Under the pieces are notes generated by a model. That model did no database searches. It was not told the origin of the DNA and saw only the letters and a list, made by a program, of their open reading frames with translations. Below, piece after piece: positions 24,571 to 37,529 of a stretch of DNA of 64,000 bases. The DNA is taken from contig OZ024759.1 in assembly GCA_964016885.1 (NCBI GenBank), positions 4,216,001-4,280,000 on the forward strand. The letters run 5' to 3'. Positions within the stretch are counted from its first letter, which is position 1. Every line of letters begins with the position of its first letter. Made by a program: the position numbers and the translations under genes. The DNA comes from Eledone cirrhosa (lineage: Eukaryota).

Positions 24571-25750
24571 CAGAGGTTCTCAAACTTTTTCGGGCCATCG
24601 CCCCCCACACGGCCTTGTAATACCCTCTAAAACACCACACCTATTTCCAGAGAGACCTACCTACAAGCAAATTGTAAATAATATAAAAAAAAGGAACGAT
24701 TGACTTTCGTCAAATCGGACCGAGGAAACAATGTTTCCGTTGGTCTTTCCAATTGCTAATACTATCTATCGGTCGCAACTCCAGGTCGAAGGAGCAACGT
24801 GAAATAAAGTAAATAATATATAATACATAAAATGGTTGATATATAATAAATAATTCTTTCTACTTTTGGCACAAGGCCAGCAATTACTCCAGTGTATTAC
24901 TGGTACTGTATTTTATCGACCCAGTAAAGGTGAAAGGCAAAATTAACCTAGGAGGGATTTAAACTCAGATAATAAAGGGCCGTAACTCTATGCTGCAAAG
25001 CATGGTGTCCTACCTTCTATAATATATCGACAGTCGATCAACTTCCATCAAATTGGACCACGGAATCAATGCTTCCATTGGTCTTTCCAATTGCTAATAC
25101 TATCTATCAGTTGCAACTCCAGGTAGAAAGAACAACCTCACAACCTCACGATTGCAAATCCGATTCGCTAATCACTCAGCCTTCACTATCATCATCATTA
25201 TCATCATTTTACATCCGCTTTTCCCTGCTTGTAAGGGTGGGACAGGTCTTATTAAACACAGCATCTCTCCATTTGTCACGGTTCCTTGTCATCTCCTCCA
25301 TGAGCTTCAGTGATCTGAGGTCTGCTCTCACCACCTCTGCCCATGTTTTTCGTGATCTTCCTCTACTGTGTCTTCCTTCTACTGTGATTTCTTGGCAGTT
25401 CTTTACCCAGCTGTCATCCACCATGCGCATCACATGTCCATACCAACACAGTCTTCTCTCCCACACACTACAACTTATCCCTCTTATACACAGTTTCTCT
25501 CTCAACTCGTCTATACTTTGTCGTTCACACACATTGACATCACACATGCAACAGCATATACTTGCTTCATTTCTATCCACTATATAATATATACTATGTA
25601 TCAATAAATATCATATACTTTTTTTATTTTACTATATTTATATATAAAATTTATCATTTGATATTTGATATACTATTATATCCTCTCCACCCCCATCCTT
25701 AAGCCCCAGCACCCCTCTTGGGGCAGTAGCACCCACTTTGAGAACCTCTG
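24571..25750. mobile_element. hAT (Charlie-like) non-autonomous element with a nested SINE and an RTE 3' fragment (~25190-25580, minus)
   Basis: TIR CAGAGGTTCTCAAA / TTTGAGAACCTCTG; 8-bp TSD TTCTAGAA/TTCTAGAG (NTCTAGAN). Confidence 0.88.
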
Positions 25751-25829
25751 TTCTAGAGGGAAGTGAAATTGTAAAGTGTAACAGGCAAGAAGACAACATT
25801 TTTCCAAACAAACAAAAAAACCAACTTAC

Positions 25830-26087
25830 TATCAATATAGTTATAATATATCCTTAGTTGGGAAATATCGTATGTTTGTCTGAGTTCAAGAGTCCACAAT
25901 GATGTTGGAGAGCTCATTGTATGAGAACAAGATCTGTGTTGTGGGTTTTGATCGAAGTTACCATCTACAGCCAGGTTAGCTGACATTGAGTACATTTCAT
26001 TGCGACAAACATTGTTTTTCATTAGAATTACACTGCTTGTTTTGTCTGTCGTGGTTTGTGTAGCTACTTTACCAATAGCTATATTTC
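25830..26087 (-). CDS. F-type lectin (FTP) domain, N-terminal exon (NIAIGKVATQTTT...ANLAVDGNFDQNPQHRSCSHT...WTLELRQTYDISQLRIYYNYID)
   Basis: 258 bp open; acceptor tctttttcag, donor gtaagt; NxAxGKxA, AVDG, CSHT and WxxxL hallmarks. Confidence 0.9.
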
Positions 26088-26257
26088 CTGAAAAAGAATG
26101 AAAGAAAATTTAATGAAAGTCAATTACTATGAAATGAAATGGATCTCAGTCAGTTGAAACGATGATTGATCCAGTGGGAAAAGACAAATTGTTTTCTATA
26201 TACTAAACTTTTGAAATATCTTTTACGTTATCTCTAAATTATTCCATATTTCCAGTA

Positions 26258-26655
26258 GAGGCATGTGGCCTAGTGTTAAGTGTGTTGGACTTACAATCAT
26301 AATGTCATGGGTTCGATTTCTGGGGTGGGTTGTGTGTTGTGTTCTTGAGCAAAACACTTCATTTCACGTTGCTCCAGTATACTCTGCTGAAAATGAGCAC
26401 CAGCAATAACTGTGGAGGGTGTAACCCTGCAATGGACTGATGTCCTGTCCAGGAGGAAGTCTTGTACTCACAGTCGCTTTATGCCATGAAACCAGGATAA
26501 GCATTGGCCTAATGAGCCTTCAGGCTTGAGACAGTATAGTCCTATACGAACGAGACACGGTCACCCGACCAATCTTGCCTCAATTGGGACAACTCCTGAC
26601 TAACCCATGCTAGCATGGAAGATAGATGTAAACGATGATGATGATGATGATGATA
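26258..26655 (+). mobile_element. CORE-like tRNA SINE followed by an RTE-type tail and (GAT)n
   Basis: GGTTCGATT B-box, GTTCTTGAGCAAAACACTTCATTTCAC core, tail CCCATGCTAGCATGGAAGATAGATG. Confidence 0.72.
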
Positions 26656-26718
26656 TAGCAACCTCAGCCTCAACAGCGACAGCAACAACAACGGCATGAT
26701 AATTAGAAATCTACTTAC

Positions 26719-26862
26719 TATAGGTTTTTACTTGGCAATCCGGTCCGGTCCATCCTTCTTCACAGCCATATGGGCAAGCCCCAGTTTGTTGATGGCAGTC
26801 AGCATCGTTTAAACAATGGCATTGCTTGTTACAAGTATATCCATACCATTGAGATGCACAAC
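26719..26862 (-). CDS. EGF-like exon (CASQWYGYTCNKQCHCLNDADCHQQTGACPYGCEEGWTGPDCQVKTY)
   Basis: 144 bp; acceptor aacatag, donor gtaagt; absent from the ORF track, translated by hand. Confidence 0.9.
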
Positions 26863-26931
26863 CTATGTTAAAAGTTAGAATTTATCACACTGATGGACTA
26901 CATTTCCACAGTTCTCTCTCATCTACAGTTA

Positions 26932-27920
26932 ATTGTTTCTACTATTTGGCACAAGGTACCAGTAATACACAGGGGTAATTGCTGAATTACCTCAGTGCAT
27001 TACTGGAACTTTATTTTATTGACCCCCCCATAAGAATGAAAGGCAAACCTTGGCGGGTTTGAAATCAGAACGTAAAGGTCCATAACTCTATGCTGCAAAG
27101 CATGGTGTCTGACACTCTACGGATTACTGCCAATCCAATAATAATAATTGTTTCTACTTTTGGCATAAGGCCAGCCAGCAATTACCCCCAGTGCATTACT
27201 GGTACTTTATTTTATCGACCTCCGTAAGAATGAAAGGCAAAGCTAACTTCAGCAGGATTTGAACTCAGAACGTAAAGGGCCATAATTCTATGCTGCAAAA
27301 CATGGTGTCTGATGCTCTACGGATTACTGCCAGTCCAATCCAGCAATTACCCCCAGTGCATTACTGGTACTTTATTTTATCGACCCCTGTAAGGATGAAA
27401 GGCAAAGTTAACCTCGGCGGGATTTGAACTCAGAACATAAAGGGCCGTAAACATGATGTCTGACACTCTACCGATTACTGCCAGTCTCACATAATTATCT
27501 CACCTAATATTATGGTCTGAGTTCAAATCCCGTCAAGGATAACTTTACCATTCATCCTTACGGGGGTCGATAAAATAAAGTACCAGTAATACACTAGGGT
27601 ATTTGCTGGTCTTGTGCCCCCAAAAGTAGAAACATAATATTGAATATATTAGATTTTGATATTATCTATTTTGAGAACATTATCTTAACATTAATAAGGG
27701 CGGTGGGTTGGCAGTATCGGTGGAGGGTCGGACGCCATGCTTTCCAGCATAGAGTTACGGCCCTTTACGATCTGAGTAATGCACTGGGTCATTGCTGGCC
27801 TTGTGCCCAAAGTAGAAACAATTATCTTAACATTAATATGAACGGCTGGTTACAGCCAGTTTGAACAGAAAGAGGTGAGAGAATTCTGGCCAGATACAGT
27901 CGCTTTAAATGCTAAAGGGT
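26932..27920. mobile_element. Pile-up of about five tRNA-SINE copies in both orientations, plus a broken TTAA MITE ending at ~27919
   Basis: Repeated GGTACTTTATTTTATCGACCCC cores; MITE end TTTAAATGCTAAAGGGTTAA. Confidence 0.75.
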
Positions 27921-27980
27921 TAACAGTCACAGTTTGTAGAGATTAACAACTAAAGTTTGAATGAATAAAGATCAACAGAC

Positions 27981-28130
27981 CTGATAATGATAATGTTTCG
28001 ATACAGGTACCCTCTCCTTTTATAGAAATAGACCAAGCGTTTACATCCCCTGAACAGCTCAAAGGTCTGGTTGTACATATTGATTTACAAAAGGGTTCCT
28101 TAGATTTGTCAAAAAATACCAAAACTGTCT
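27981..28130 (-). CDS. Cys-containing exon upstream of the first EGF (TVLVFFDKSKEPFCKSICTTRPLSCSGDVNAWSISIKGEGTCIETLSLSG)
   Basis: 150 bp open, phase 1-1; acceptor ctcatttcag, donor gtctgt; joins in frame to CASQWYG. Confidence 0.75.
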
Positions 28131-28560
28131 CTGAAATGAGAAGTGTAAATATATATATATATATATATATATATCATCATCATCATCATCAACGTTTAAC
28201 GTCCGTGTTCCACGCTTGCATGGGTTTGGACGGGGGTATTCCCACTTGAGGCAAGAGTGATTGTCTTGCTCGCATAGGACTGTCTGGCAGGTTTTCTACA
28301 GTTGGATGCCCTTCCTAACACCAACCACATTTACAGTGTGGGACTGGGAGGTTTTTACCGTAATATACATATATAATATATATATAATATATATATAATA
28401 TATATATATAATATACATATATAATATATATATATAATATATATATATATAATATACATATATAATATATATATAATATATATATATAATATATATATAT
28501 AATATACATATATAATATATATATAATATATATATATAATAGATATATAATATATATATA

Positions 28561-29867
28561 TCTATACTATAAAGCTGATGGCCGTATGTAGGTACAAACT
28601 TTCCGCCAAACGGCTAGACCAAACAGCACCAAATTTGCTCCATAGATGTAACTTTTTCCAAGTAAAAAAGTGAGGGTATTTTTGTCTACTGAATGATTAA
28701 AGACATTATTTAAATATTCACTTTTTTAAAATTTCAAACATCAACACTTCCGGTTATACGTCATTCCTCAATTTTCTTATGACGTCACACAACATTCCCC
28801 TCTTTTTCTTAGTCTGTATGTCTGGCTGTCTGCATTAGATAACGTTTTTCGAAATATTTACTTCTGCGTTCACAGACTGATATTTTTAGTTTCAGAAGAT
28901 CCCGTTAAGGGTGAAAGCAGCGATTCTTTGCTTAAACTTTAATCTGTTATTTTAATATATATATTCGTGTACAGATATTTTTGCATACACAAAAACAAAA
29001 ACCTATTTATTTCATGAAAGCACAGACGGCTTATCGTCATTGTTACTGTTCGAGGTTAGAGGACCACAGTCTTTCCAAGATCTGAGAACCATCAATGGCC
29101 ATCAATGTTCCACTTACTGTTAGGCTTGCCAGATGCGTGGTATGTTACATGATGACAGCCATTGACACCTCACCCTGCTAAATAGCTAAAGTCCCTTCTC
29201 AGCTGCGAAAACCTTTTGCTATTATGCTGCACAACTGCGATATCGCCGACCCTCTCGCACTGTGGAACAACCACTGCGAAAGTCTAGCTGAGGACATCCT
29301 CCACCGCACACACAGACAATGTCGTTTTCAATGAGGCGCTCATTTGTCTTGAAAACAGAGTCCTGGAGATTGGTGGTCGGCCTCTAGGCCACTACAGCTT
29401 ACCTGCTCCTGACAGGAGTGTCCAGAGGTCAACGTCTACAGAGCTTCTTTGCGAGACGAGCTACGAAATCAGTGATTCTCCCATGGTCAATTGTATGTAG
29501 GATGCTCTAGGGTTAGCTCACCAAACAATCTTTGCTCCGGAGGGCTGAACAAAAAATATTTTATACTCTGAGGCTCTAACAATGTAATTTAAATATTTTC
29601 TGTTACTTGGAATTTCCATTATGGTTGTACAAATTATTGTTTGTTAAAAAATGTGTTCTCTGTTCAGCCTTTATTGTTGTAACTATCAATTTTCTTTAAT
29701 GTACTGGCTGCTGAAGTGGGGAATCTTAAAAACTATTGAAACCCAACACCAGAGCACATTAACCCCCCCAACCCCCTCTCGCTTACTTGAGAGGGCATGC
29801 GGTATCTTTCCTGAAAAGATAAAATGCCGGTATACTTAGCCAGGCACCAGCCGGAAAGGCCAGCTAG
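28561..29867 (+). mobile_element. Internally deleted non-autonomous Helitron
   Basis: A|TCTATACTATAAAG start; RepHel remnants LLFEVRGPQSFQDLRTING and FSHGQLYVGCSRV; GC-rich subterminal hairpin followed by CTAG|T. Confidence 0.85.
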
Positions 29868-29944
29868 TAATATATATATATAATAAATATATAATATATA
29901 TATAATTGTTTCTACTTTTGGCACAAGGCCAGCAATGATAATGT

Positions 29945-32086
29945 CCGTAATGATAATGGTGTACTTGCGCTCACTGATACTGATAAGCCTGGAAGTGTCA
30001 CTACGAGAGACTATTAAATGAGGAGAAAAAGTGGGAAAAAGATAGTCTGCCCCAAATCGATCCAATGGTGCAAGGTAAAGGTAGTATAATAAGTAAGGCA
30101 ATCAAAGATATGAAGACAGGCAAGGCAGCTGGGCCTTCGGAGGTAGTTGCTGAGATGTTGAAGGCATCTGGTATGGCGGGACACACTATGGTCACCCGTA
30201 TAGTTAACCAAGTAATACAGAATGGGGTCATACCGAAAGACTGGCGTAGCAGCATCATCATTAACTGCTACAAGGGTAAAGGGGATGCTCTAGATAGGGA
30301 AACTATAGAGGCATTAAGTTAGTTGACCAGGTCATGAAGGTCACAGAAAGAGTAATAGCACAACTAATCAGAGAGCGAATTGATCTAGATGAAATGCAGT
30401 TTGGGTTTGTGTCAGGTAAAAGTACCACAGACGCTCTTTTCCTTGTACGACAACTACAAGGGAAGTACCTAGCTAAAAGTAAACCCCTCTACTTAGCTTT
30501 TGTAGACTTGAAGAAAGCTTTTGACAGAGTCCCCCACTCCATTATCTGGTGGGCTCTTAGAAAACTAGGTGTAGATGAATGGCTGGTGAGAGCTATACAA
30601 GCTATGTATAATGAAACAGTCAGTAAGGTTAGAATTAACAATGAATATTGTGAAGAATTTAGTGTAAAAGTTGGCGTTCATCAAGGCTCTGTCCTTAGCC
30701 CCCTCTTATTTATTATTGCCCTTCAGGCTATAACAGAGGAGTTCAAGACCGGCTGCCCATGGGAACTCCTATACGCAGATGATCTAACGCTCATAGTTGA
30801 ATCAATGGCTGAACTAGAGAAGAAATTCAAAGCATGGCCTAGAATCAAAAGGCCTTAAAGTTAACTTGTCTAAGACTAAAGTTCTAGTTTGTAGAAAGGA
30901 AAATAGGGCACCAGTCCCATCTGGGAAATGGCCATGCTCAGTGTGTAGGAAAGGAGTAGGCAGAAATTCCATTTTATGTCCCAAATGCAAAGTATGGGTA
31001 CATAAAAGATGTAGTGGGATCACAGGTAAACTATCTAAGAACGTAGACTTTATATGTGGCCAATGCTCAGGTGCAATAAGTAGCAAGTGTCCAAAGGATA
31101 CTAGCTCCTTCCATTGCCCAGATGGTTCTATAGAAATAGTAGACACTTTCCGTTACCTGGGTGACGAAATCAGCAGTGGTGGAGGGTCTTCTGGAAGTAT
31201 AGTAGCCAGAGTCAGAACGGGATGGAAAAAGTTCAGAGAGCTTATACCGCTGTTGGCCACTAAAGGTTTCTCTCTAAAAATGAAAGGCAGATTGTATGAT
31301 GCCTGTATACGAACAGCAATGCTACATGGCAGTGAGGCATGGGCATTACGTGCAGAGGACCTGCGTAGGCTGGAAAGGAACGAAGCTTGCATGCTCCGTT
31401 GGATGTGTAATAGTAATATGCGTGAACAGCAAAGCATATATGAACTAAGTGAGAAATTAGGAATAAGAGGGATCAGATGCTGTTTACTTGAGAGAAGACT
31501 ATGTTGGTATGGCCACGTGATGCTCATGAAAGACGTCAGTTGTATAAAAAAGTGCAGGGCGATCAAAATTGATGGTAGTTACGGAGTAGGTAAACCCAGA
31601 AAAACCTGGGATGATCTGATAAATTCCGACCTTACACACTTACATCTCTCTAAGTCAATGTCTCTGGGCCGAGATCTTTGGTGCTATGCAGTAATACAGA
31701 AGACCCGCCTTGCCTATGCACAAAGCGAAACCTACAGTCAGTAGGCACCTCTTAACCAAATATACACCCCAATCTACTACCCCTACCCTATCCTCCCACT
31801 CCCACCAACAGCATGAGAAAATGAAATCGAGTTTGTGTAGGTGTCACGGAAAAAAAAACACACAGTCCACGCTGTAATGTGGTCGTGTAGGTAACACGGT
31901 AAAAAGTTCCCAGTTCCACACTGTAAATGTGGTTGGTGTTAGGAAGGGCATCCAGCCGTAGAAAAAGTTAGTTCTATATGAGTGAGACACGGTCACCCGA
32001 CCAGCCTTGCCTCAACTCCCGTCTAACCCATGCTAGCGTGGAAAATGGACGTTAAACGAAGATGATGATGATGATGATGATGATGA
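29945..32086 (+). mobile_element. 5'-truncated, frameshifted RTE LINE (RT + PHD) with extended 3' region and (GAT)n tail
   Basis: ORFs 30065-30322, 30334-30858 (LYADD) and 30866-31744 (PHD, FRYLG) are homologous to the intact element. Confidence 0.9.
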
Positions 32087-32557
32087 TATATATAGGAAAA
32101 TGTATGACCCCGACGGTAGAGCTCAAGCCGTTTCGACGGCTATTTCTGGACTAAATTAGAATTTTTAGCCTGGTAAATAAATAGCCGAACTTTTCAAGGG
32201 GTACTTCCTTATATGGGAAGATTGTAGCTGTCAAGAGGATTGGTCAAAAATTCCTGGTAAACACAATTAAGTCTATCATGGCAGTGGGTGGGAGGTGGGG
32301 ATGGCTGAACTTGCCTGTAGAGCAATGAGGGAGTGGGTGGAGCCGGTCAAGCGTTGAAAGTGAAATCTAAACAGCAAATTCTAAGGATTGTGTATGAAAG
32401 TAGGCCAACTTTCATACTTTCCACCATGGCGATTGGACTGCATACCCTGCTTTCCAGGTTACCCTTTGCCACTGATATATATATATTTATATATTGAGTA
32501 CTCTGGTGCATTATGGTCCTTCTGGTTCCTTACCACACCTCCTTTGTTATATATATA

Positions 32558-32959
32558 TATAACGGCGGCGAAGATTGGAAACCGAATCTGAGCTTTCCCA
32601 CCTCTGGGACAAGCCGTGGTAAGTTGTTTACGCTCAAGAGACTAACCCCTGGGGGATGTTAAACACAGGTCAGAGGTGTTTAAGCCTGACAGAAAATAGG
32701 TCAGAGGATATATCCATCTTTCTGAGTTGTTTACGCTTGGCAAAATAATCCCTTGGGAGACTCTAACCAAAGTTCAGAGGATATATCTATCCTTCTAACT
32801 TCAACTCTTATAAATACAGGGGTTGTTTACGCCCCGACAGAAAAGAAGTGATATACAGACAACACAAGTGGCCTTTACAAGCTCTCGTCACGAAATACCA
32901 GTCCGTCACTAATTTCCACTCCTGCCTGGCTGATCGATACAACCACATATTCCGTTACA
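32558..32959 (+). repeat. 5' LTR
   Basis: TaTAACGG...CCGTTACA inverted termini; TATAAATA box at ~32809; homologous to 36151-36792. Confidence 0.75.
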
Positions 32960-32961
32960 AC

Positions 32962-32972
32962 TGGTGACCCCG
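32962..32972 (+). promoter_or_regulatory. Primer-binding site complementary to the tRNA-Trp 3' end
   Basis: TGGTGACCCCG two bases after the LTR end. Confidence 0.8.
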
Positions 32973-33109
32973 TAAAACAGACACACAACTTCTGATCATC
33001 CACTACAAACGATGTCTCTAGCACACGACGATTCATCTACAGCAGAAATGGCAGTGAGGGCGGCATTTACATTAAGAATTCCACCATTCTGGGTGCACGA
33101 TCTAACACT

Positions 33110-35759
33110 GTGGTTCGCGCACATCGAAGCGCAGTTCGCATAATAACACACGGCCCACCTGTTGCTGCACGACCTAGAAGGCTACCACCAGACCGGCTGA
33201 AGTCCGTCAAACAAGAATTTCAGCACATGCTGGATATCGGCATCATACGTCCGTCCAGCAGCAACTGGTCCTCACCCATACACTGTGTACCCAAGAAGTC
33301 GTCAAACGACTGGCGAATCTGTGGCGACTACCGTGCACTGAACAACTGCACCGTTCCTAACTCTTATCCAGTGCCTCATCTACAGGACTTCTCTAGCTCG
33401 CTGCACGGGGCTCGCATATTTTCGAAGATCGATCTTGTGCGAGCTTACAATCAGATACCCGTTGAGCCCGCAGATATTCCAAAGACCGCCGTCACAACAC
33501 CCTTTGGAATGTTCGAATTTCTGCATATGCCTTTCGGTTTGCGAAATGCAGCGCAAACATTCCAGCGATTCATCGATACAGTCACCAGGGGTTTACCTTT
33601 TGTATACGCATACATTGACGACTTACTGGTGGCCAGCAGCTCCCACGAAGGACATGAGAAACACCTGGATCTCCTATTCACACGTTTGCGTGAATATGGA
33701 ATTGTTATCAACCCCAGCAAATGTGAGTTCGGAGTTGCGTCCCTTCATTTTCTGGGACACATCATTGACAAAGATGGTATTCGCCCACTTAAGGAGAAAG
33801 TCAAATCCATCATTGATTTTCCACAACCTATATCTCTCCGCAAACTGCGAGAATTTCTTGGCCTGGTAAACTTCTACGGAAGATTTATACCCCACTGTGC
33901 AGAGACAGCCCAACCACTCACAGATTTGCTGCGGCAGCGTACAACCAAAAACGCAAACATCAAGCTCAGTGAAAAAGAATATACCGCTTTCGCTGAGTTG
34001 AAGAAAATGTTGTCCGAGGCTACAATGCTGAGTTACCCCAAACCTGACGCCCCAATGTGTTTATTGACTGATGCATCCGATTTCGGAGGTGGAGGTGTGC
34101 TTCAACAACTCTCTGGCGATATTTGGCGACCTGTATCTTTTTTCTCTAAGCGATTAAAACCCGCTGAAACTAAGTACAGCACATTCAGTCATGAATTATT
34201 GGCAGCATACCTTGCTGTCAAGCATTTTCGACACATGCTAGAAGGTCGTGTGTTCTCTATATACACCGACCACAAACCACTAGTGTACGCGTTCAATGCC
34301 AAGCCTGACCGACACTCACCCAGGGAGGTCCGACATCTGGACTTCATTTCTCAGTACACTACTGATATTCGGTACATTAAGGGTGCCACCAACTCAGCAG
34401 CTTATGCCCTATCGCGCATGGAGCTTAAGGCAATCCACACCACTGCCACTATCGACCTCCAGAAGATTCCAGCGGATCAACAGAATGACGAGGAACTGCT
34501 GCAACTCCGGAAATCATCCTTGAAATTGAAGGAATGCCCGCTGCCCTCTTCTTCGGGTTATATTTGGTCTGACATCTCCACAGGCCGCGAGCGCCCATAC
34601 GTGCCCCGGAAACATCGACGCGACGTTTTCTCGGCACTGCATTCTCTGGCACATCCTGGCGTCCGCGCCACGCAGAAACTGATGGTTGCCCGCTTTGTGT
34701 GGCCCAACATCAACAAGGACACCCGTGAATGGGCTAGGAACTGAATCGTGTGCAAGAAGACGAAAATTCACCGGCACATCAAAGCCCCGATCGGTTCTTT
34801 CGCAACACCTGATGCACGGTTCCAACATGTGCATATAGACATAGTTGGACCTTTGCGTCCTTCTCAAAACTACACTCAACTTCTCACCTGTGTCGACCGA
34901 TTTTCTCGCTGGCCAGAAGCTTTTCCCCTGACGGATATTACTGCGGAAACTGTCGCCAAAACGCTAGTGTTTCACTGGGTTTCGTGTTTCGGCACACCCG
35001 CGACCATCACTACGGATAGAGGACGTCAGTTCGATTCGAACCTATTTACCGAGCTGACTCGTCTCCTCGGGTGCAAACGCATCCGTACAACAGCGTATCA
35101 CCCTGCCGCTAACGGCATGGTAGAACGCTTACACCGCCAGCTAAAATCATCTATCAAGGCTTACGAAGACTCCACTAACTGGTTCGACTACCTCCCACTC
35201 ATTCTTCTTGGTATTCGTTCCACTGTTAAAGAGGGAGTCGGACATTCTCCGGCTGAAATGGTGTATGGCACCGTACTCACTCTACCCGGACAAATGATCA
35301 CTCCTGTTTCGCCACAAGAACTTCCAGACCCTACAAAATATGTGCACCGTTTACGGTCATCAATGTCGCATCTGTCTCCTTCAGCCCCTAAACAACAGCA
35401 CGTTACTTCACACATACCAAAAAGCATCGATACATGGACGCATGTTTTCGTTAGAAATGACGGTATTCCATCGCAACTTCGTCCGCCGTATTCCGTCCGG
35501 GCCCTACAAGGTGATACAGAAATGCTCTAAGTATTTCGTCTTCGACTTGAACGGGAAGCGAAATACCGTCTCCATTGATCGTTTAAAAAAAGCGTTCATA
35601 CAACAGGAATTGCCACCAGTACCCACCGTTTCTCCAGCAGACTCACCAACAACTTTGCCCGACACAAACACGGCAAATTCTGCACAACCCCGACACACCA
35701 AATCCGGAAGAACAGTCCGATGGCCCACGCCATGGGATACGTACAAGTTTATCGGGTAA
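33110..35759 (+). pseudogene. Gypsy pol: RT (YIDD), RNase H (TDAS, YTDHKPL), integrase (HHCC, HIDIVG, TDRG, GMVERLH)
   Basis: ORFs 33110-34744, 34748-35530 and 35340-35759; TGA within the HHCC motif and a frameshift at ~35497. Confidence 0.92.
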
Positions 35760-36150
35760 GTACAAATTATGCATCTGGTCGACATTTTGGCTAATTTGTA
35801 CATTTCAACGAATCGGCCAATTTCTGTGGTCATGAACTATTGCTACACACAAATCAATTAACTCTGTGCATCACCCACATCAAAAGAACAGACAAAAGAA
35901 CATTTTCCCGTTTCTATGAAATGAACGAACTTTTAATCAACAAACTTTTCGTACGAACATTTTCAATATTATGTAACATCACAGTACATTTTCCTGCATG
36001 TAAATTTCTTTTGGTTTGCATGTTTTCTTTCATGTCTCCTGTTTGTAAATGACTTTCATGTGTTTTTTTATTTTTACTGATTTTCTTCAACAACACACCT
36101 AGTCATACCTATCTTCATTTCACATGCACCTAGATCGTTCAATCTTAACT

Positions 36151-36792
36151 TGTTTACGCTCAAGAGACTAACCCCTTGGGAGAGGCTAAACGCAGGTCAG
36201 AGGTGTTTATGCCTGACAGAAAATAGGTCAGAGGATATATCCATCTTTATGACTTGTTTACGCTTGGCAAACTAATCCCTTGGGAGACTAACCAAAGTTT
36301 AGAGGATATATCTATCCTTCTAAATTCTACTCTTATAAATACAGGGATTGTTTACGCCAAAAACAGAAAAGAAGTGGGATACAGACAAGACAAGACGTTT
36401 TACAAGCTCTCGTCACGAAAAAACAGTCTACCACTTATTCTCACCTTCCTGGCTGATCGCTGACTCCTGCAATACAAATAAGTAAATATACTGATACGCC
36501 GCACACACACATTCATAGTGAGTCCAGCATTTGTACACGTATCATTCATTTCTGTTTACACGTATTATAATCGTATTCTGTGATATTTGAATTTACGTGG
36601 CTTGAAGAGCCACCAAATTATTGTATGAATATTTTGTGTCAATTATTTTATCATTCAATATTCAAATTGAATATTGTTGTAATAAAATAAACTTTGTAAC
36701 AACACTCCTGGTATTTTTCTTTACACCGAAACCACCATACCAACAGTTACATCCATCGTTGTCGTTACAACCACACATAATATTCCGTTACA
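36151..36792 (+). repeat. 3' LTR-like copy (5'-truncated, ~300 bp longer internally)
   Basis: TGTTTACGCTCAAGAGACTAACCCC matches 32625 onward; ends TATTCCGTTACA like the 5' LTR. Confidence 0.75.
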
Positions 36793-36933
36793 CCTCCGTC
36801 TATATTTCAACCACTGGAACAACCTCACACAAGAAACAGTTGTCGCACCTTCAGTCAACATTTTAATGTCAAACATCGAAATAAATGTTATGAGTGTATA
36901 TAGATAGATGTATATTGTGTGTGTGTATATATA

Positions 36934-37090
36934 CAGTAATCCCCCGCTATATCGCGGTTCACTTTTCACGGTCCCGTTACATAGCGGATATTTCTTTGGA
37001 ACGTATCTAATTTCCTATCGCGGTAATCCTCGCCACATCGCGGATTATTCGTTAGAACATATCTATTTTCTTATCGCGGTACGTCTGAGT
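36934..37090 (+). mobile_element. Tigger/pogo-like terminal fragment
   Basis: TA|CAGTAATCCCCCGCTATATCGCGG with repeated TATCGCGG subterminal motifs; no partner TIR found. Confidence 0.55.
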
Positions 37091-37529
37091 AAAAAGTGTT
37101 TAAAATTTAAACTTATTAAATAAGTTTCGATGTTATTAAAGAGTATATCGTAAGGAAGGGACATCTTAAGGCTTTAATTATGAACAAATGTTTATATTTT
37201 CATTCCATTATTGTTTTACTGATTGTGTTTTGCTCTAATCTACTATAAACCCTTCATAGATTGGTCTCTCTGTAACATGGTTGTTTCTGGAACGTATCAT
37301 GGCTTAGTGGTTAAAGCATTGGGCTTGCAATCTAAAGGTTGTGAGTTCGATTCTCGGACAGGGTGTTGTGTTGTGTCCTTGAGCAAGACACTTTATTTCG
37401 CGTTACTCCAGTTTACTCAGCTGTAGAAATGAGTTGTGATGTCACTGGTGCCAAGCTATATCAGTCATAACCTTTCTCTTGGACATATATATAGTGTATA
37501 TATACTGTACACAGTGTATATATATGTAT

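Larger units (their letters stand above)
32558..36792 (+). mobile_element. Ty3/Gypsy LTR retrotransposon, internally deleted
   Basis: LTR, PBS, gag start (IPPFW..W..IEAQF) fused to RT-RNaseH-integrase in Gypsy order; second LTR-like copy at 36151-36792. Confidence 0.9.

Noticed and set aside
28893-28921. CAGAAGA-TCCC..GGGT-GAAA hammerhead-like core
   Set aside because: Core mutated and no stem I pairing found.
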